From: Leptospiraceae bacterium
GTDB lineage: Bacteria > Spirochaetota > Leptospiria > Leptospirales > Leptonemataceae
Assembly (NCBI GenBank): GCA_040217195.1
Contig: JAVJNR010000004.1
Location: 672,001-736,000, forward strand
Length of the DNA: 64,000 nt
Direction of reading: 5' to 3'
Shown: positions 47,960 to 58,580 of the stretch, piece after piece
How the letters are laid out: each line of letters starts with the position of its first letter
Numbering within the stretch: the first letter of the stretch is position 1
Position numbers and translations under genes: made by a program
Notes under the pieces: generated by a model
Seen by the model: the letters and a program-made list of their open reading frames with translations, nothing else
Database searches by the model: none
Told to the model about the DNA's origin: nothing

Positions 47960-48823
47960 ATGGCCAGCCACAGCCCTTCTATCCGCTCATTCGGTGAGAA
48001 TGAGTCTCACAGTCAAAACTGGCTATCCCGGGAAATCGATCAAGGGGGGGCCTGGGCCTCCGTTGATCTAGAAAGGAAATTTGCGTCGCCTGGCCAGAAA
48101 GGCTGCAACCAAAGAAACGGTGGCTGCGGCGGGCCTTGCCGATCCAGGCATAGCTCGGCCAGTCTGGCAATGCTCATCCTTCTACTGGTAGGATCTTCAT
48201 TTCTGATCTCACAATGCAGGCATCCGGCCCATGACAACCAACTCCAGGGCCTGCTGGATTCGGTACTTGAAATCGACTCGGAGGCGGGCACCGGATCCTG
48301 TACTACCACCGTTCAGTCCGGATTTAATCGGACAATCGTCCAGGCAACGTCTCAGCTAGAATGGACACATTGCGACTTGAATATTGGAGCTACGACTCTG
48401 GCAGGCGGCCCATGGGATATGCGATTTCGCCGATTCGGCGTGGGAACCAATGGCGGAACGTCCGGTTCAGGAAGCGGAGCCAGCTGCAATACAGGACTAA
48501 CAAACCTGGCGGCGGTTAACTCATTCTCTCAATTTTCATCTGGGACTTCTGGATTTTGCCCCAACCTGGTAAGCGATACAAACCTGTCCACTTCAGGCGG
48601 CGGAGGTGGAGGGAGCGGTAGCACAAGCTTCAGCGGTTCCCCGGTCATGCTGGAATGGTACGCGTACGACAGTGAAACGCATGTACTGAGTAGCAAAGGA
48701 GAGGTATACGTTATTCGAGCATCGGATAGCGGAGATTACTACGCTGTGCAGTTCCATGATTACTACTCGGATGCAGGCACATCCGCCTACCCCACAATTG
48801 ACTGGAAAAGGATCGATCCATGA
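47960..48823 (+). CDS. hmuY: HmuY family haem-binding lipoprotein (true start probably downstream, e.g. 48170)
   Basis: WDMRFRR...TNGGTSG, WYAYD and DYYSDAGTSAYPT motifs; ISQC lipobox-like. Confidence 0.82.
   Translation: MASHSPSIRSFGENESHSQNWLSREIDQGGAWASVDLERKFASPGQKGCNQRNGGCGGPCRSRHSSASLAMLILLLVGSSFLISQCRHPAHDNQLQGLLDSVLEIDSEAGTGSCTTTVQSGFNRTIVQATSQLEWTHCDLNIGATTLAGGPWDMRFRRFGVGTNGGTSGSGSGASCNTGLTNLAAVNSFSQFSSGTSGFCPNLVSDTNLSTSGGGGGGSGSTSFSGSPVMLEWYAYDSETHVLSSKGEVYVIRASDSGDYYAVQFHDYYSDAGTSAYPTIDWKRIDP
47995..48009. promoter_or_regulatory. Candidate iron box upstream of hmuY and the receptor
   Basis: TGAGAATGAGTCTCA just after the hemS stop. Confidence 0.65.
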
Positions 48824-51132
48824 TTTCTGGAAATTCAAGATCTGTTGATCGATATTCTGCAGACTCTTCGCAGACGGCTCTCCATAGATCCAGAGCTATG
48901 TCGAAAACAATACAATGGAAAGCAAGACATTGCAAAGCAAACAGCCGCGGAGGTAAAGCTTGCCCTGCTATTTTCATTCTAGTTTCAATTCTTTGCTCTG
49001 CTTCGGTTTTAATGGCCGAGGAAACCGAGGATGCAACCATCGTGGTTACTGGAGATAAACGTCCAAGGCCTGTAAGCGAATCCATAACTCGTACAGAAGT
49101 AGTAAACCGAAAGCAAATTGAACAGCAGGGCTCCAGAAACCTCTCAGATGTTTTGAAAAGCCAGCCGGGAATCGAGGTCCGCGAAGGGATTCGAGGTCAG
49201 GAGATTCGAATGCAGGGACTGGATCCGGAATACGTGCTCATCCTAATTGACGGAAATCGGCTGACCGGGCGTATAGATGGGGCCATAGATCTGAGTCGAA
49301 TCAAAGCAGAAGAGATCGAAAGAATTGAAATCATTAAAGGACCTGCCTCAGCACTGTATGGTTCTGAAGCCATGGCCGGAGTGATCAACATAATTACTCG
49401 AAGAAGCGAAAGCCCATTCTTTGCCCAGGCAGAGATGCAGTACGGAAGCGGCCGAGACTTACATTTTGGTTCAGGAAATGAAACCCATGCAAGTGTGGCT
49501 CTGGGCACCAGTCGTGAAAACTTCTCCAACATGTTTATTGCCGGCTGGCATCGCAGCGATGGGTACGATCTAAATCCAGAGTCAGACAGGACGAAGGAAG
49601 CTAGAATTCTGGGCAGATTCATTCCTGGATTTGAGGATGAAGAAATTCCATCTACGGAAGACCAAACCGGTAGTGCCTTTCGCGATCTAAATCTTTCCGA
49701 CCGCTTCAGATATTCTATTCAGGAGAACTGGGAAGTGGATGGAAGCCTATCATACAGATACCTGGACCAAGAGATTGTGGATTTTTCTCCTCCGCGAGCT
49801 GTTTTGGATCGCAGGAATGAAACCCATGATGCCCAGGCAGCTATCTCAACCAGGTACGAATGGAGCTATCCCACGGCATTGAGTCTCCACTACTCCCATG
49901 CACGTTTCGAGGATACTCTAAACATCGATCAGCGTCGCTCCGATGATCTGGATTCAGAAGAAACCCAGGAGGATCGCACCCATGAGTTAAGAGCTCAGCT
50001 GGACTACGGACTGGGAAATCACGTATTAACGGCCGGTCTGGAAGGCCTGATCGAAGAGTATGTCTCGCCGCGAATCGAGGGTAGTGGCTATGGATACAGG
50101 CAGAGGACGGCAGGTTTTTTGCAGGATGAATGGCAACCCCTGGATGCACTGTTTTATGTAACTCCTGGAGTTCGATTCGAACATGATTCTCAGTTTGGCT
50201 CTCAGGCTCTGCCCCGTCTTTCTGCGCGATGGGATCCGGCGGACAAATGGACTTTGCGTATGGGTGCAGGCCAGGGATATAGAGCGCCCTCGTTTAAGGA
50301 TCTATACTTTGCTTTTCAGAATCCAGGGGTTGGCTATCAGGTTGTGGGGAATCCAGACCTGGAACCGGAGAAATCCAATGGATACAATGCTTCTGTAGAC
50401 TATGCTGCCACGGAATGGCTCTGGCTCTCGGTAAGCGGATTCTACAATTCGATAACAAACCTGATCGATTTTCGTCGTCTGCCAGATAGAAGCGATGATC
50501 TTACAACCTATCAAACCGTGAATATTTCAAAGGCCTTTACCCGTGGCCTGGAAACCATGGCAGAATTCCGATTCGCAAAGAACTGGGTGGCCGGACTGGG
50601 CTACACTTTCACCGATACCTACGATAAAGTGCAGGAAGTGCCCCTGGAAGGAAGGGCCCGGCACCGAGGTTTCTATTCCTTGAGCTATTCCCCGGAAACT
50701 GGATTTGGTTTTTCCCTTCGCGGACACATAGAAGGTCATCAGCCATTCTACTATGAAAAGGATGCATTGCTCACTTTTCAAAACCGACGATTCGAGCTGG
50801 ATACAAGTGTAGTGTTACCTGCACTTTATCAGAATCGAGAATTCACCCTGGTAGATCTGGATCCTGATACACCGGACTACGGATACTATATGGCAAATGC
50901 TAATCACACCCTGGACGTTCGAGTGCGATATCGCTTCTGGGATTACTACGAGGCTTTCGCAGGAGTGGACAATGTATTTGACCACTACGATGCTGTGCTG
51001 GATTCCAGAAGACCCAGGTTCATATACGCCGGAATCAAGATGACTGTAGAAACAGCACCTTCCCGTTCGCTTCCATCCGAGCCGGAACCTGTTAAGCCTG
51101 CTGGAGACATCGAATTGCTGGAAGAACCTTGA
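48820..51132 (+). CDS. TonB-dependent (haem) receptor (start probably 48898 or later)
   Basis: TIVVTG TonB box; plug motifs LILIDG and IERIEIIKGPASALYGSEAMAGVINIIT; YRAP and NPDL motifs. Confidence 0.93.
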   Translation: MISGNSRSVDRYSADSSQTALHRSRAMSKTIQWKARHCKANSRGGKACPAIFILVSILCSASVLMAEETEDATIVVTGDKRPRPVSESITRTEVVNRKQIEQQGSRNLSDVLKSQPGIEVREGIRGQEIRMQGLDPEYVLILIDGNRLTGRIDGAIDLSRIKAEEIERIEIIKGPASALYGSEAMAGVINIITRRSESPFFAQAEMQYGSGRDLHFGSGNETHASVALGTSRENFSNMFIAGWHRSDGYDLNPESDRTKEARILGRFIPGFEDEEIPSTEDQTGSAFRDLNLSDRFRYSIQENWEVDGSLSYRYLDQEIVDFSPPRAVLDRRNETHDAQAAISTRYEWSYPTALSLHYSHARFEDTLNIDQRRSDDLDSEETQEDRTHELRAQLDYGLGNHVLTAGLEGLIEEYVSPRIEGSGYGYRQRTAGFLQDEWQPLDALFYVTPGVRFEHDSQFGSQALPRLSARWDPADKWTLRMGAGQGYRAPSFKDLYFAFQNPGVGYQVVGNPDLEPEKSNGYNASVDYAATEWLWLSVSGFYNSITNLIDFRRLPDRSDDLTTYQTVNISKAFTRGLETMAEFRFAKNWVAGLGYTFTDTYDKVQEVPLEGRARHRGFYSLSYSPETGFGFSLRGHIEGHQPFYYEKDALLTFQNRRFELDTSVVLPALYQNREFTLVDLDPDTPDYGYYMANANHTLDVRVRYRFWDYYEAFAGVDNVFDHYDAVLDSRRPRFIYAGIKMTVETAPSRSLPSEPEPVKPAGDIELLEEP

Positions 51133-51217
51133 AAGGGTAATGAGCTTTTGCCCTTTTTACAGGGCATAGACTCTGCTATACGATCAGCGAATTTCCCTGG
51201 AAGCAGACGTGGGTCTG

Positions 51218-52396
51218 CTAATGTTCCACACTGTCCCGCTGCCTGGCCGCTTTCACATGATAGTCGATAACAGAGTATAACTCTTCGCGATGCACTGGCT
51301 TGGACAGATAGTCATCCATTCCGGATTGCAGACAGATCTCTCGATCTTGTTTGAGAGCATGGGCCGTAAGAGCGATAATGGGAACATGGCTACCCTGAGT
51401 ACCGCTTTCATTGGACAAGCTTCGGATGGCAGCGGTGGCTTCAAAACCATCCATTTCTGGCATCTGCACATCCATGAGTACTACATCAAAGGTTTCTTGT
51501 TTACATGCTTCCAGAGCTTCTTTGCCGTTGGAAGCCATGCGAACTTCCCAGCCCATGGCTCGAAGATGATGCTCTACCAGGTACCGGCTATCCGGATCAT
51601 CCTCCGCGCAAAGGATTCGGATTCCCTTCGCATGCTCGCCTTTTTCCCTGGAGCCGCTTAGTTGAATATCTCCGCTCATCCTCTTTTCCACGGATTGAAC
51701 TGGAAAGATCAGTTGAAACTTGCTTCCCACCGTAGGTTCGCTTTCTACAGAAATGGTGCCACCAATCATTTCGGTCATTCTAGACACCAGAAGTAGACCC
51801 AGTCCAGCCCCATCGTAGGTTGAGCGGTAATTCTTTTCCTCGGATGGACCATCAAAAAGACTACTCAATCGGTTTTGAGGGATTCCAATTCCTGTGTCCT
51901 TAACTTCAATACATAGATGCGGCTGATTGACCTGTCCAGAGGGAGGGACAGGGGCACGGGAAACATGGATGGAAATGGCCCCTTTGTCTGTGAACTTGAT
52001 AGCATTGTCCAGAAGTTGAGACAGAATCTTCTTAAGCAGGAAGGGATCCGTTAAGCATGGATTCACGAGATCGGACTCCATAAGTACTTCAATCTCCAGG
52101 CCCTTATTTCTGGCCGAGGGCTGTCGGAATTTCACAGCCTCCAGAACAAGCTCACTAATATCAAATTCCTGGTAGTCCGGCTTCACTGCGCCGGAACGAA
52201 GCTCAAATAGGTCCAGCAATGAATCGCTGGCCTCCATAAGCTGCATGGCCGAGCGCTGAATCATCTGCATATAATGATCCTGCTCTGGCGTAGTTTCAGT
52301 AGTACCGTGTAAATCTATGGTACCCAGAATTACGTTAATCGGGTTTCGAATTGCGAAGCTGAGTTGCTGAATCAGGCGGTCCGGGAGATCAGACAT
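51218..52396 (-). CDS. Cytoplasmic hybrid kinase/response regulator with a degenerate H-box
   Basis: SFAIRNP in place of SHE(I/L)RTP; NAIKFT, DTGIGI and GLGL boxes; receiver EDD, MDVQMP and SKP. Confidence 0.88.
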   Translation of the reverse strand: MSDLPDRLIQQLSFAIRNPINVILGTIDLHGTTETTPEQDHYMQMIQRSAMQLMEASDSLLDLFELRSGAVKPDYQEFDISELVLEAVKFRQPSARNKGLEIEVLMESDLVNPCLTDPFLLKKILSQLLDNAIKFTDKGAISIHVSRAPVPPSGQVNQPHLCIEVKDTGIGIPQNRLSSLFDGPSEEKNYRSTYDGAGLGLLLVSRMTEMIGGTISVESEPTVGSKFQLIFPVQSVEKRMSGDIQLSGSREKGEHAKGIRILCAEDDPDSRYLVEHHLRAMGWEVRMASNGKEALEACKQETFDVVLMDVQMPEMDGFEATAAIRSLSNESGTQGSHVPIIALTAHALKQDREICLQSGMDDYLSKPVHREELYSVIDYHVKAARQRDSVEH

Positions 52397-52405
52397 GCCT
52401 ACAGG

Positions 52406-53371
52406 CTATACAGCGCTTTCAACTTCGTCGAATGAAGTTTGTCTTACTATATCGTAGTATTGATCAATCTGTTCAGCATTCAATTGGGTCTTTTTCATCC
52501 GATCAATGGGTCTAATCTCCCTATCACAGTAAAATTTACCGGATGCCTGTAGATCCGGCTTACAGGCCAGGTAAACGATTGTATCGGCCCCCTGCTCCGG
52601 ACTGCGCAAAAAGGGAGCTGTAATGGCTCTAAAGATCGGTAATGAATCCTTCACGGACTGTGTATCCGCCCATCCTGGATGCATGCTGTTTACTTTGATA
52701 TTTGTGTCCTTCCAGAGTTCCGCCCATTTCACTGTGAGCAAGTTTTCTCCTCTTTTGGTTTCTGCGTAGGCCATTACCCCATCAAAGGGGCGCTTTTCCC
52801 AGAGCAGATCATCAAACTGAATAGGAGCCAGATACATTCCCCCGGAAGAAACATTGATAACCCGGGCATCTGCGGCCCTATTTAATAGAAGAAAAAGGGT
52901 CTCAGTGATCAGAAAGGGGGCCCGGATATTCACTGCAAAGGTCATTTCCAGGCCATCGGCACTGGTCTGACGTTGCTCCAGAAGAACGCCTGCATTATTG
53001 ACCAGGATATCGAGCACGGAGTGCTCCTGCCTGAACCAGTTCAGGAATTCCAGCAGAGGTCCGGACTCGGAAATATCCAGCACATGCAATTCAGCGCTGC
53101 CGGCCAATCCGGCGGAAAGAAGTTCATTCAGAGCTGATCGACCCCTGTTTGCGTTGCGGCAAATCATATGAACATGGGCTCCCCGATGCATTAGAGCTTC
53201 GGTGACTGCCCTGCCAATGCCCTGGTTGGCACCGGTTACCAGGGCTCTCTTTCCCTTCAGATCCACATCTGTGTCCTTTTCATCCCAGGACATTTTTCTG
53301 AGGTGGTAGCCTGTGGCATCGTAGCCAGGAAAAACCATCCAGTCCAGGGCGCGGTCGAGGAAAGAACTCAT
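52406..53371 (-). CDS. SDR family oxidoreductase (DHRS12-like)
   Basis: TGANQGIG, NNAG, VSSGGM, YAETK and MHPGWADT motifs. Confidence 0.9.
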   Translation of the reverse strand: MSSFLDRALDWMVFPGYDATGYHLRKMSWDEKDTDVDLKGKRALVTGANQGIGRAVTEALMHRGAHVHMICRNANRGRSALNELLSAGLAGSAELHVLDISESGPLLEFLNWFRQEHSVLDILVNNAGVLLEQRQTSADGLEMTFAVNIRAPFLITETLFLLLNRAADARVINVSSGGMYLAPIQFDDLLWEKRPFDGVMAYAETKRGENLLTVKWAELWKDTNIKVNSMHPGWADTQSVKDSLPIFRAITAPFLRSPEQGADTIVYLACKPDLQASGKFYCDREIRPIDRMKKTQLNAEQIDQYYDIVRQTSFDEVESAV

Positions 53372-53458
53372 GAATGAAAGATAACAAGAGATGACGCAGG
53401 CGTCAGGAAAATTGCTGGCATCCATGTACCGGATGTTGAATGTAAGGTCGGGGGAATT

Positions 53459-55126
53459 ATGAACGAGAATACATTCGACTATGATTACATTGTCATCGGC
53501 TCGGGCTTCGGAGGAAGTGTATCGGCCATGCGACTGGCCCAGAAAGGCTACAAAGTAGCGGTTCTAGAAGCCGGAAAAAGATTTCATCAAAACGATTATG
53601 CAAAGACAAACTGGCGGATAGGTAAATTCCTCTGGATGCCCAAACTCTTTTGTTACGGAATTCAGAGAATTACAATGCTTCGGGATGTTCTGGTGCTTTC
53701 CGGCGCTGGCGTCGGTGGCGGAAGCCTGGTTTATGCAAATACTCTCTATGTACCGCTTCCGCAGTTTTTTCAGCATCCCACGGTTCAGCGGATGGGTGGT
53801 GAAAACGGACTAACTCCATACTACGACGTTGCAAAAAAGATGCTTGGAGTGGAAACCAATCCAAAACTCTGGGAATCTGATCAGCTATTGAAGGATACGG
53901 CTTCTGATATGGGTTTTGGAGATTCCTTTAAGCCAACGCCGGCCGGGGTATTCTTTGGCGAGCAGGGAAAGACAGTGCCGGATCCGTATTTTGGAGGCGA
54001 AGGCCCGGATCGAACTGGCTGTAATTATTGCGGCGGGTGTATGGTAGGATGTCGATTCAATGCCAAGAACACTCTGGATAAAAACTATCTATACTTCGCA
54101 GAAAAACTGGGGGCCCAGGTAATCCCGGAAACTACGGTAACTCGCATAGTTCCTCTTTCGGAAGATGGATCGGAAGGGTATGAGATTCGCACTCGCTCCA
54201 CCACCGGATTGTTCGGAGCTCCGCACAAGAAATTCAAAACAAAAGGAATTGTCCTTTCTGCAGGTGTCCTGGGATCTCTAAAACTACTGCTGAAGCATCA
54301 TCAAAAAGGATGGCTGACCGGGCTTTCTCCACGACTGGGAGATGTAGTTCGCACAAACAGTGAAGCATTAATTGGAGTTTCCTCCCTGGACAAGTCCCAT
54401 GATTTCTCCAAAGGGATTGCGATCACTTCCAGCGTATATCCGGATGCAGATACTCACATTGAACCTGTGCGGTACCCTAAAGGGTCCGATGCAATGAATT
54501 TCCTGGCTGCTCCGGTTCTGGTCGATGGAGGCGGCAAGGTGCCCCGGCAGATTCGCTTTCTGCTGGGAATTCTCAGACATCCATTCCGTGCGATTCGAAT
54601 GCTCATTCCATTTGGATTTGCAAAGAAAAGTATTATCCTTCTGGTAATGCAATCCACTGATAACTATCTAAGAATCCTGCACAAACGTCGCTGGTTCTGG
54701 CCATTTACAAAGACTCTTACCAGTCGTCAGGATCATGACAGCAAGATTCCCACGTATATCCCTATCGCCAATGAATTTGCTCGCAGAATGGCTAAACGAA
54801 TGGGCGGTGTGGCACGATCTACAATCAATGAAGTAATGCTGGATATTCCATCCACTGCTCACGTTCTGGGCGGCGCCTGCATTTCTGAATCGAAAGAAGA
54901 TGGAGTGCTGGATCTAAAAAACCAGGTGCATGGATATAAGAACTTCATCATATGCGATGGTTCCATGATTCCTGCAAATTTAGGTGTCAATCCAAGTCTT
55001 ACGATTACTGCATTGAGCGAGCGAGCCATGAGCCTGGTGCCACCGAAGGAAAAACATCATACATTCGCATTCGAAAAAAACTGGGGTGTAGAAAAGACCC
55101 TGACCAGTGCCGGTCCTGTGAAATAA
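53459..55126 (+). CDS. GMC oxidoreductase, cholesterol oxidase (ChoD)-like
   Basis: [46 protein letters not shown] and GVNPSLTI motifs. Confidence 0.9.
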   Translation: MNENTFDYDYIVIGSGFGGSVSAMRLAQKGYKVAVLEAGKRFHQNDYAKTNWRIGKFLWMPKLFCYGIQRITMLRDVLVLSGAGVGGGSLVYANTLYVPLPQFFQHPTVQRMGGENGLTPYYDVAKKMLGVETNPKLWESDQLLKDTASDMGFGDSFKPTPAGVFFGEQGKTVPDPYFGGEGPDRTGCNYCGGCMVGCRFNAKNTLDKNYLYFAEKLGAQVIPETTVTRIVPLSEDGSEGYEIRTRSTTGLFGAPHKKFKTKGIVLSAGVLGSLKLLLKHHQKGWLTGLSPRLGDVVRTNSEALIGVSSLDKSHDFSKGIAITSSVYPDADTHIEPVRYPKGSDAMNFLAAPVLVDGGGKVPRQIRFLLGILRHPFRAIRMLIPFGFAKKSIILLVMQSTDNYLRILHKRRWFWPFTKTLTSRQDHDSKIPTYIPIANEFARRMAKRMGGVARSTINEVMLDIPSTAHVLGGACISESKEDGVLDLKNQVHGYKNFIICDGSMIPANLGVNPSLTITALSERAMSLVPPKEKHHTFAFEKNWGVEKTLTSAGPVK

Positions 55127-55143
55127 GAGATCTGACGATCTGC

Positions 55144-55175
55144 GCCACCGCCTGATTTTTAATGAGGGCGGTGGC
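55144..55175 (+). terminator. GC-rich hairpin after the oxidase
   Basis: GCCACCGCC...GGCGGTGGC; no clear U tract. Confidence 0.45.
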
Positions 55176-55450
55176 TCAGAGCCAAGAACGCTCCTTGCCA
55201 GAAGAATCGGCGCCTGCAACTCCAGTGAAGAATCAGGGCCGGCGTCGTCGTGCGATAGAACATTCTAGAATCTCTAAGGAAAGACCAGTTCAGAGTCTCA
55301 AGCGAAAGAACGATGGTATCCACTCCGACCCACCAGCAGAGGTTGTGCCTTCTGCAAAAGAGCAGAGCTAAACAAATACCCTAATAGACTTGTATGCAGA
55401 TTTCGACGATGAATTGACTTTCTGTTCAGGGATCGAGTAGACTGCTTTCC

Positions 55451-55981
55451 ATGAGAGGCATTTACCTGGCAGGACCGGATGTTTTTCTTCCGGAGGCCAT
55501 AGAGGAGTTTTCCAGGATCAAACGTTACGCATCGGAACTGGGATTCCAGGCGTTGAGCCCTTTCGACTCGGAAAAGAAACCCGATGGACTGAAAGGTCTG
55601 GAACTGGCCCGGCATATTTATCGCGAAAACATCAAGCTCATCGAAAAGTGTGATTTCATTCTTGCGAACTGCAATGCATTTCGCGGCCCCCTGGTAGATG
55701 ATGGTACTTCCTTTGAGATAGGATACGGCGCTGCACGAAATAAAACTATCTATGGCTATATCTCCGTAAGGCTGACTTTGCCGGAAATTGTGGCCACCAG
55801 GATTCCTCTGCGAAAGCATTCATCTGGCTTTGCTCAGGATGAAGATGGATTCCTGGTAAATGAAGATTTCGGAAACAGTATCAACTTGATGATGGAGTAT
55901 GCCATTGAGGAATCTGGCGGACAGCTAATAGAAGGGGATGTATTTCAGGCTCTGGATGAAATGGCGAAGGCGCATCGATAG
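55451..55981 (+). CDS. Nucleoside 2-deoxyribosyltransferase family protein
   Basis: IYLAGPDVF, FRGP.VDDGTSFEIGY and EDFG..INLM motifs. Confidence 0.92.
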   Translation: MRGIYLAGPDVFLPEAIEEFSRIKRYASELGFQALSPFDSEKKPDGLKGLELARHIYRENIKLIEKCDFILANCNAFRGPLVDDGTSFEIGYGAARNKTIYGYISVRLTLPEIVATRIPLRKHSSGFAQDEDGFLVNEDFGNSINLMMEYAIEESGGQLIEGDVFQALDEMAKAHR

Positions 55982-56054
55982 TAATGTGGGCTCCATGCCC
56001 GGTGAAACAATACATAGCCATAGTGAGGTTGGATGGAGGAGGCTCTTCTGCTGA

Positions 56055-56627
56055 TCAGGGCAGGTTTTCCAGAAGAGGTAGCCACTCAGGATATGGCCAC
56101 TCCACTGGACTTTCTAATTTGAGGTTATCCAAGGAATCCATATTCGGCTGATTTTGCAGGCAAGCTATAGATCCCTCCGAGCGTCTGCAAATTAGATCCA
56201 TCTGAACAGGACGAGACTTCTCTGTTTCGAGAGACCGCAAGGAGGCCCGAAATTCATGGGTTTTAATGTCGACCTTCATATTGGAGGGAACCCCATCCTC
56301 CTGGATTTCTGCCTCGAACCTTTTCTTCAGGTTTCTAAAGTCCGAGATCAACTTTTCCCAGGCCTGGTCTGTTCCCATTCTATGTTTAAATGCTTGAAAG
56401 GAATATAGGAATCCCTTCTTACCATAATCATAGTTTACCGCGCATTCTCCGTCCGCTGAATCCATATCTAAACCAATATCTTTTGCGGTACCAAATGTTT
56501 GCTTCGCCATCGCTTCCACTTTATGGAATCTGGCCTCGCAAAGACTCTCAAAATCATTCTCCTCGGACCATAAAAATGCCGGAATTAGGAGTGCAATGGA
56601 TAGAGAAATAGCCCTGGTCATGCTCAT
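56055..56627 (-). CDS. Exported hypothetical protein, paralogue of 56869-57441
   Basis: Signal peptide, four Cys, C-terminal WPYPEWLPLLENL. Confidence 0.7.
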   Translation of the reverse strand: MSMTRAISLSIALLIPAFLWSEENDFESLCEARFHKVEAMAKQTFGTAKDIGLDMDSADGECAVNYDYGKKGFLYSFQAFKHRMGTDQAWEKLISDFRNLKKRFEAEIQEDGVPSNMKVDIKTHEFRASLRSLETEKSRPVQMDLICRRSEGSIACLQNQPNMDSLDNLKLESPVEWPYPEWLPLLENLP

Positions 56628-56868
56628 ATCGTTTCAGACGAGGGGCTGTGTCAAAAGTGCGGGGTGGCGCGGTTGCCAACCTTTGCTCCCGGATAAAGCG
56701 GAAACCGGAATTCGTCCAAAAGGGACCATTTCTACTTCATAATCATTAGCATCCGGGGCATGGGGCGCACCGAATAATCCCCGAATTGCAAATGAAAACT
56801 GTAAGCTCCGCACACCGTAGTCGTTTGGCCAATTCATGACGAGGACTCGAGGGAAACCAGGGCTCAAA

Positions 56869-57441
56869 CTAAAGATTTTCAATATACTCCAGCCATTTCG
56901 GATGCGGCCAGTAGAGCTCAGGATCCTCCGTAACTTCAATACCAGATTCCGGCAGGCCCCGGGCACCAATACAGGCCACCGTTGAATCCGCCCAACGACA
57001 CTTCATATTTCCAAGGAAGCCGTCCCCATCAGAGATGGAGCCGGGGGTGATCTGGCGAATCATCAGATCATTATCATTCACTACAAAGCTAATCTTTCGC
57101 TCTGGATCTTCTTGTTTCGCTTCCTCAATTTTCTGGCGAAGGACCTTTTGAATCAGCTGCCAGTACTCCCGGGCATGTTCTGCATCTGGAAAGGAAGCGA
57201 CGAAGAATATAAGACCCTTATCTTCCAGCTGAGCTCGGACTTGACAGCCTCTCAATTCGGTGAATTGTTCCGGTTGAACCTGCTCCGAAGCTCCTTCGCC
57301 GAAGGTTTCGTCCGCCAGGGCTTTTATTTTATGGAGATGCTTGAAGCAGGCCTTGCGAGGTATCGGCACTTCGAGGGTCTGCGCCCCAACGGCCACTGTA
57401 GATAGAATAAAAAAAAGGAGAAAGAATAAACTTCGCATCAT
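56869..57441 (-). CDS. Exported hypothetical protein, paralogue of 56055-56627
   Basis: Signal peptide, four Cys, C-terminal WPHPKWLEYIENL. Confidence 0.7.
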   Translation of the reverse strand: MMRSLFFLLFFILSTVAVGAQTLEVPIPRKACFKHLHKIKALADETFGEGASEQVQPEQFTELRGCQVRAQLEDKGLIFFVASFPDAEHAREYWQLIQKVLRQKIEEAKQEDPERKISFVVNDNDLMIRQITPGSISDGDGFLGNMKCRWADSTVACIGARGLPESGIEVTEDPELYWPHPKWLEYIENL

Positions 57442-57990
57442 GAATTGCTCCAGGGCAATTGCCTCATGTAAGCGGTATCATGTAAACCAAATCAAGTTAT
57501 TGGCGTAAAAATGCAAAGTATAAAAGATAATTTCTTACTATTTATATGCATCAATGTCTTCGCAAAAAGTGAACCTGAGATCCGTTTCTTTGCTTTCGAC
57601 GAGATAGTTTTTTTAAATGCGTTCCACCTCCGCTGTATTTGAAAGATGGCCACTATCTGCCGGCAGGGTCCTACTTATTCATTATTCCGCGGTTAATGAC
57701 GGACATTCTCGCTCCCGCCCTGGAGCCAGCGAATTATTGCGGATGGTCCGGAATTCGCGTAATCGCTGCCAGAATCGGTGTAGTGCTTTTCTCCGTGGCA
57801 AATGCCTACTCTCTCTTTAGCTTCTTGGCTGGCCTGAAAAAGCGATTCGGGTATAAGAAGCTGGCCTGAGGAAACGGTGAATTTAAAAAACAAATGAAAC
57901 CTACCTGGACTCTTTGCGTTTGTGTAAGGGTTGGCCAAAAGCTCGATTCCCTTCCAGCCTCCGCCCATCGCTCACGGAAGCACTCAACTA

Positions 57991-58287
57991 TTATTCCGGG
58001 GGCCGAAATCGAGCGTCCTTGATTTTCTTCTCCCAATATTCCCCGGGAAGAGCCATCCTTACGCTATGAGCCAGGTCATCCGGAGTAATGCCTTCTATGC
58101 TTCCAACCTCAAAGCCAATGTTTACGTCGGGGATATAGACATATATATTGGGACCTCCAAAGACCAGATCAACCGGAGCACAGTCTATTTGAAGATCATA
58201 AGGATAATACTCTACCAGCTTCTGCTTTAACTGATCGACATAAATCGCGTAGCTATCGTCAAACCCATCCCATTGCGAAAGCAACAT
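57991..58287 (-). CDS. Small hypothetical protein, paralogue of 58287-58580
   Basis: TAATG coupling at 58289-58285; shared residue pattern with the upstream ORF. Confidence 0.7.
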   Translation of the reverse strand: MLLSQWDGFDDSYAIYVDQLKQKLVEYYPYDLQIDCAPVDLVFGGPNIYVYIPDVNIGFEVGSIEGITPDDLAHSVRMALPGEYWEKKIKDARFRPPE

Positions 58288-58580
58288 TACCACCAGTCGT
58301 ACCCCTTGGTCAGATGTTTTCTCTGACGCTCATCTTCCAATGCGATCAGCCTCAACCGAATCTCTTTCGCAATTTCCTCCGGCTCCTTCTTCCGATGCCC
58401 CCTGATAATAAAACTTGCATTCGCAGCCGGCACCTCAACCACCAGTGATTGAATGTCTGCACCCACGGCCGGGTGCAGCTCTGCGAAAAGCTCCAGGGGC
58501 TCCTCGCCCAGAAGACTCATCTTTACAAAATCAGTGTAACGTTCCTCCGCTGGAGAAAAGCCGGTCCATTTAGTTACCAT
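58287..58580 (-). CDS. Small hypothetical protein
   Basis: Strong RBS AAGAGGAGG before ATG 58580; shared pattern with the downstream ORF. Confidence 0.72.
   Translation of the reverse strand: MVTKWTGFSPAEERYTDFVKMSLLGEEPLELFAELHPAVGADIQSLVVEVPAANASFIIRGHRKKEPEEIAKEIRLRLIALEDERQRKHLTKGYDWW

Noticed and set aside
57480..57960. AT-rich gap and small ORFs (57617-57820, 57639-57869, 57693-57968)
   Set aside because: No RBS, motif or repeat structure supports a gene or mobile-element end.
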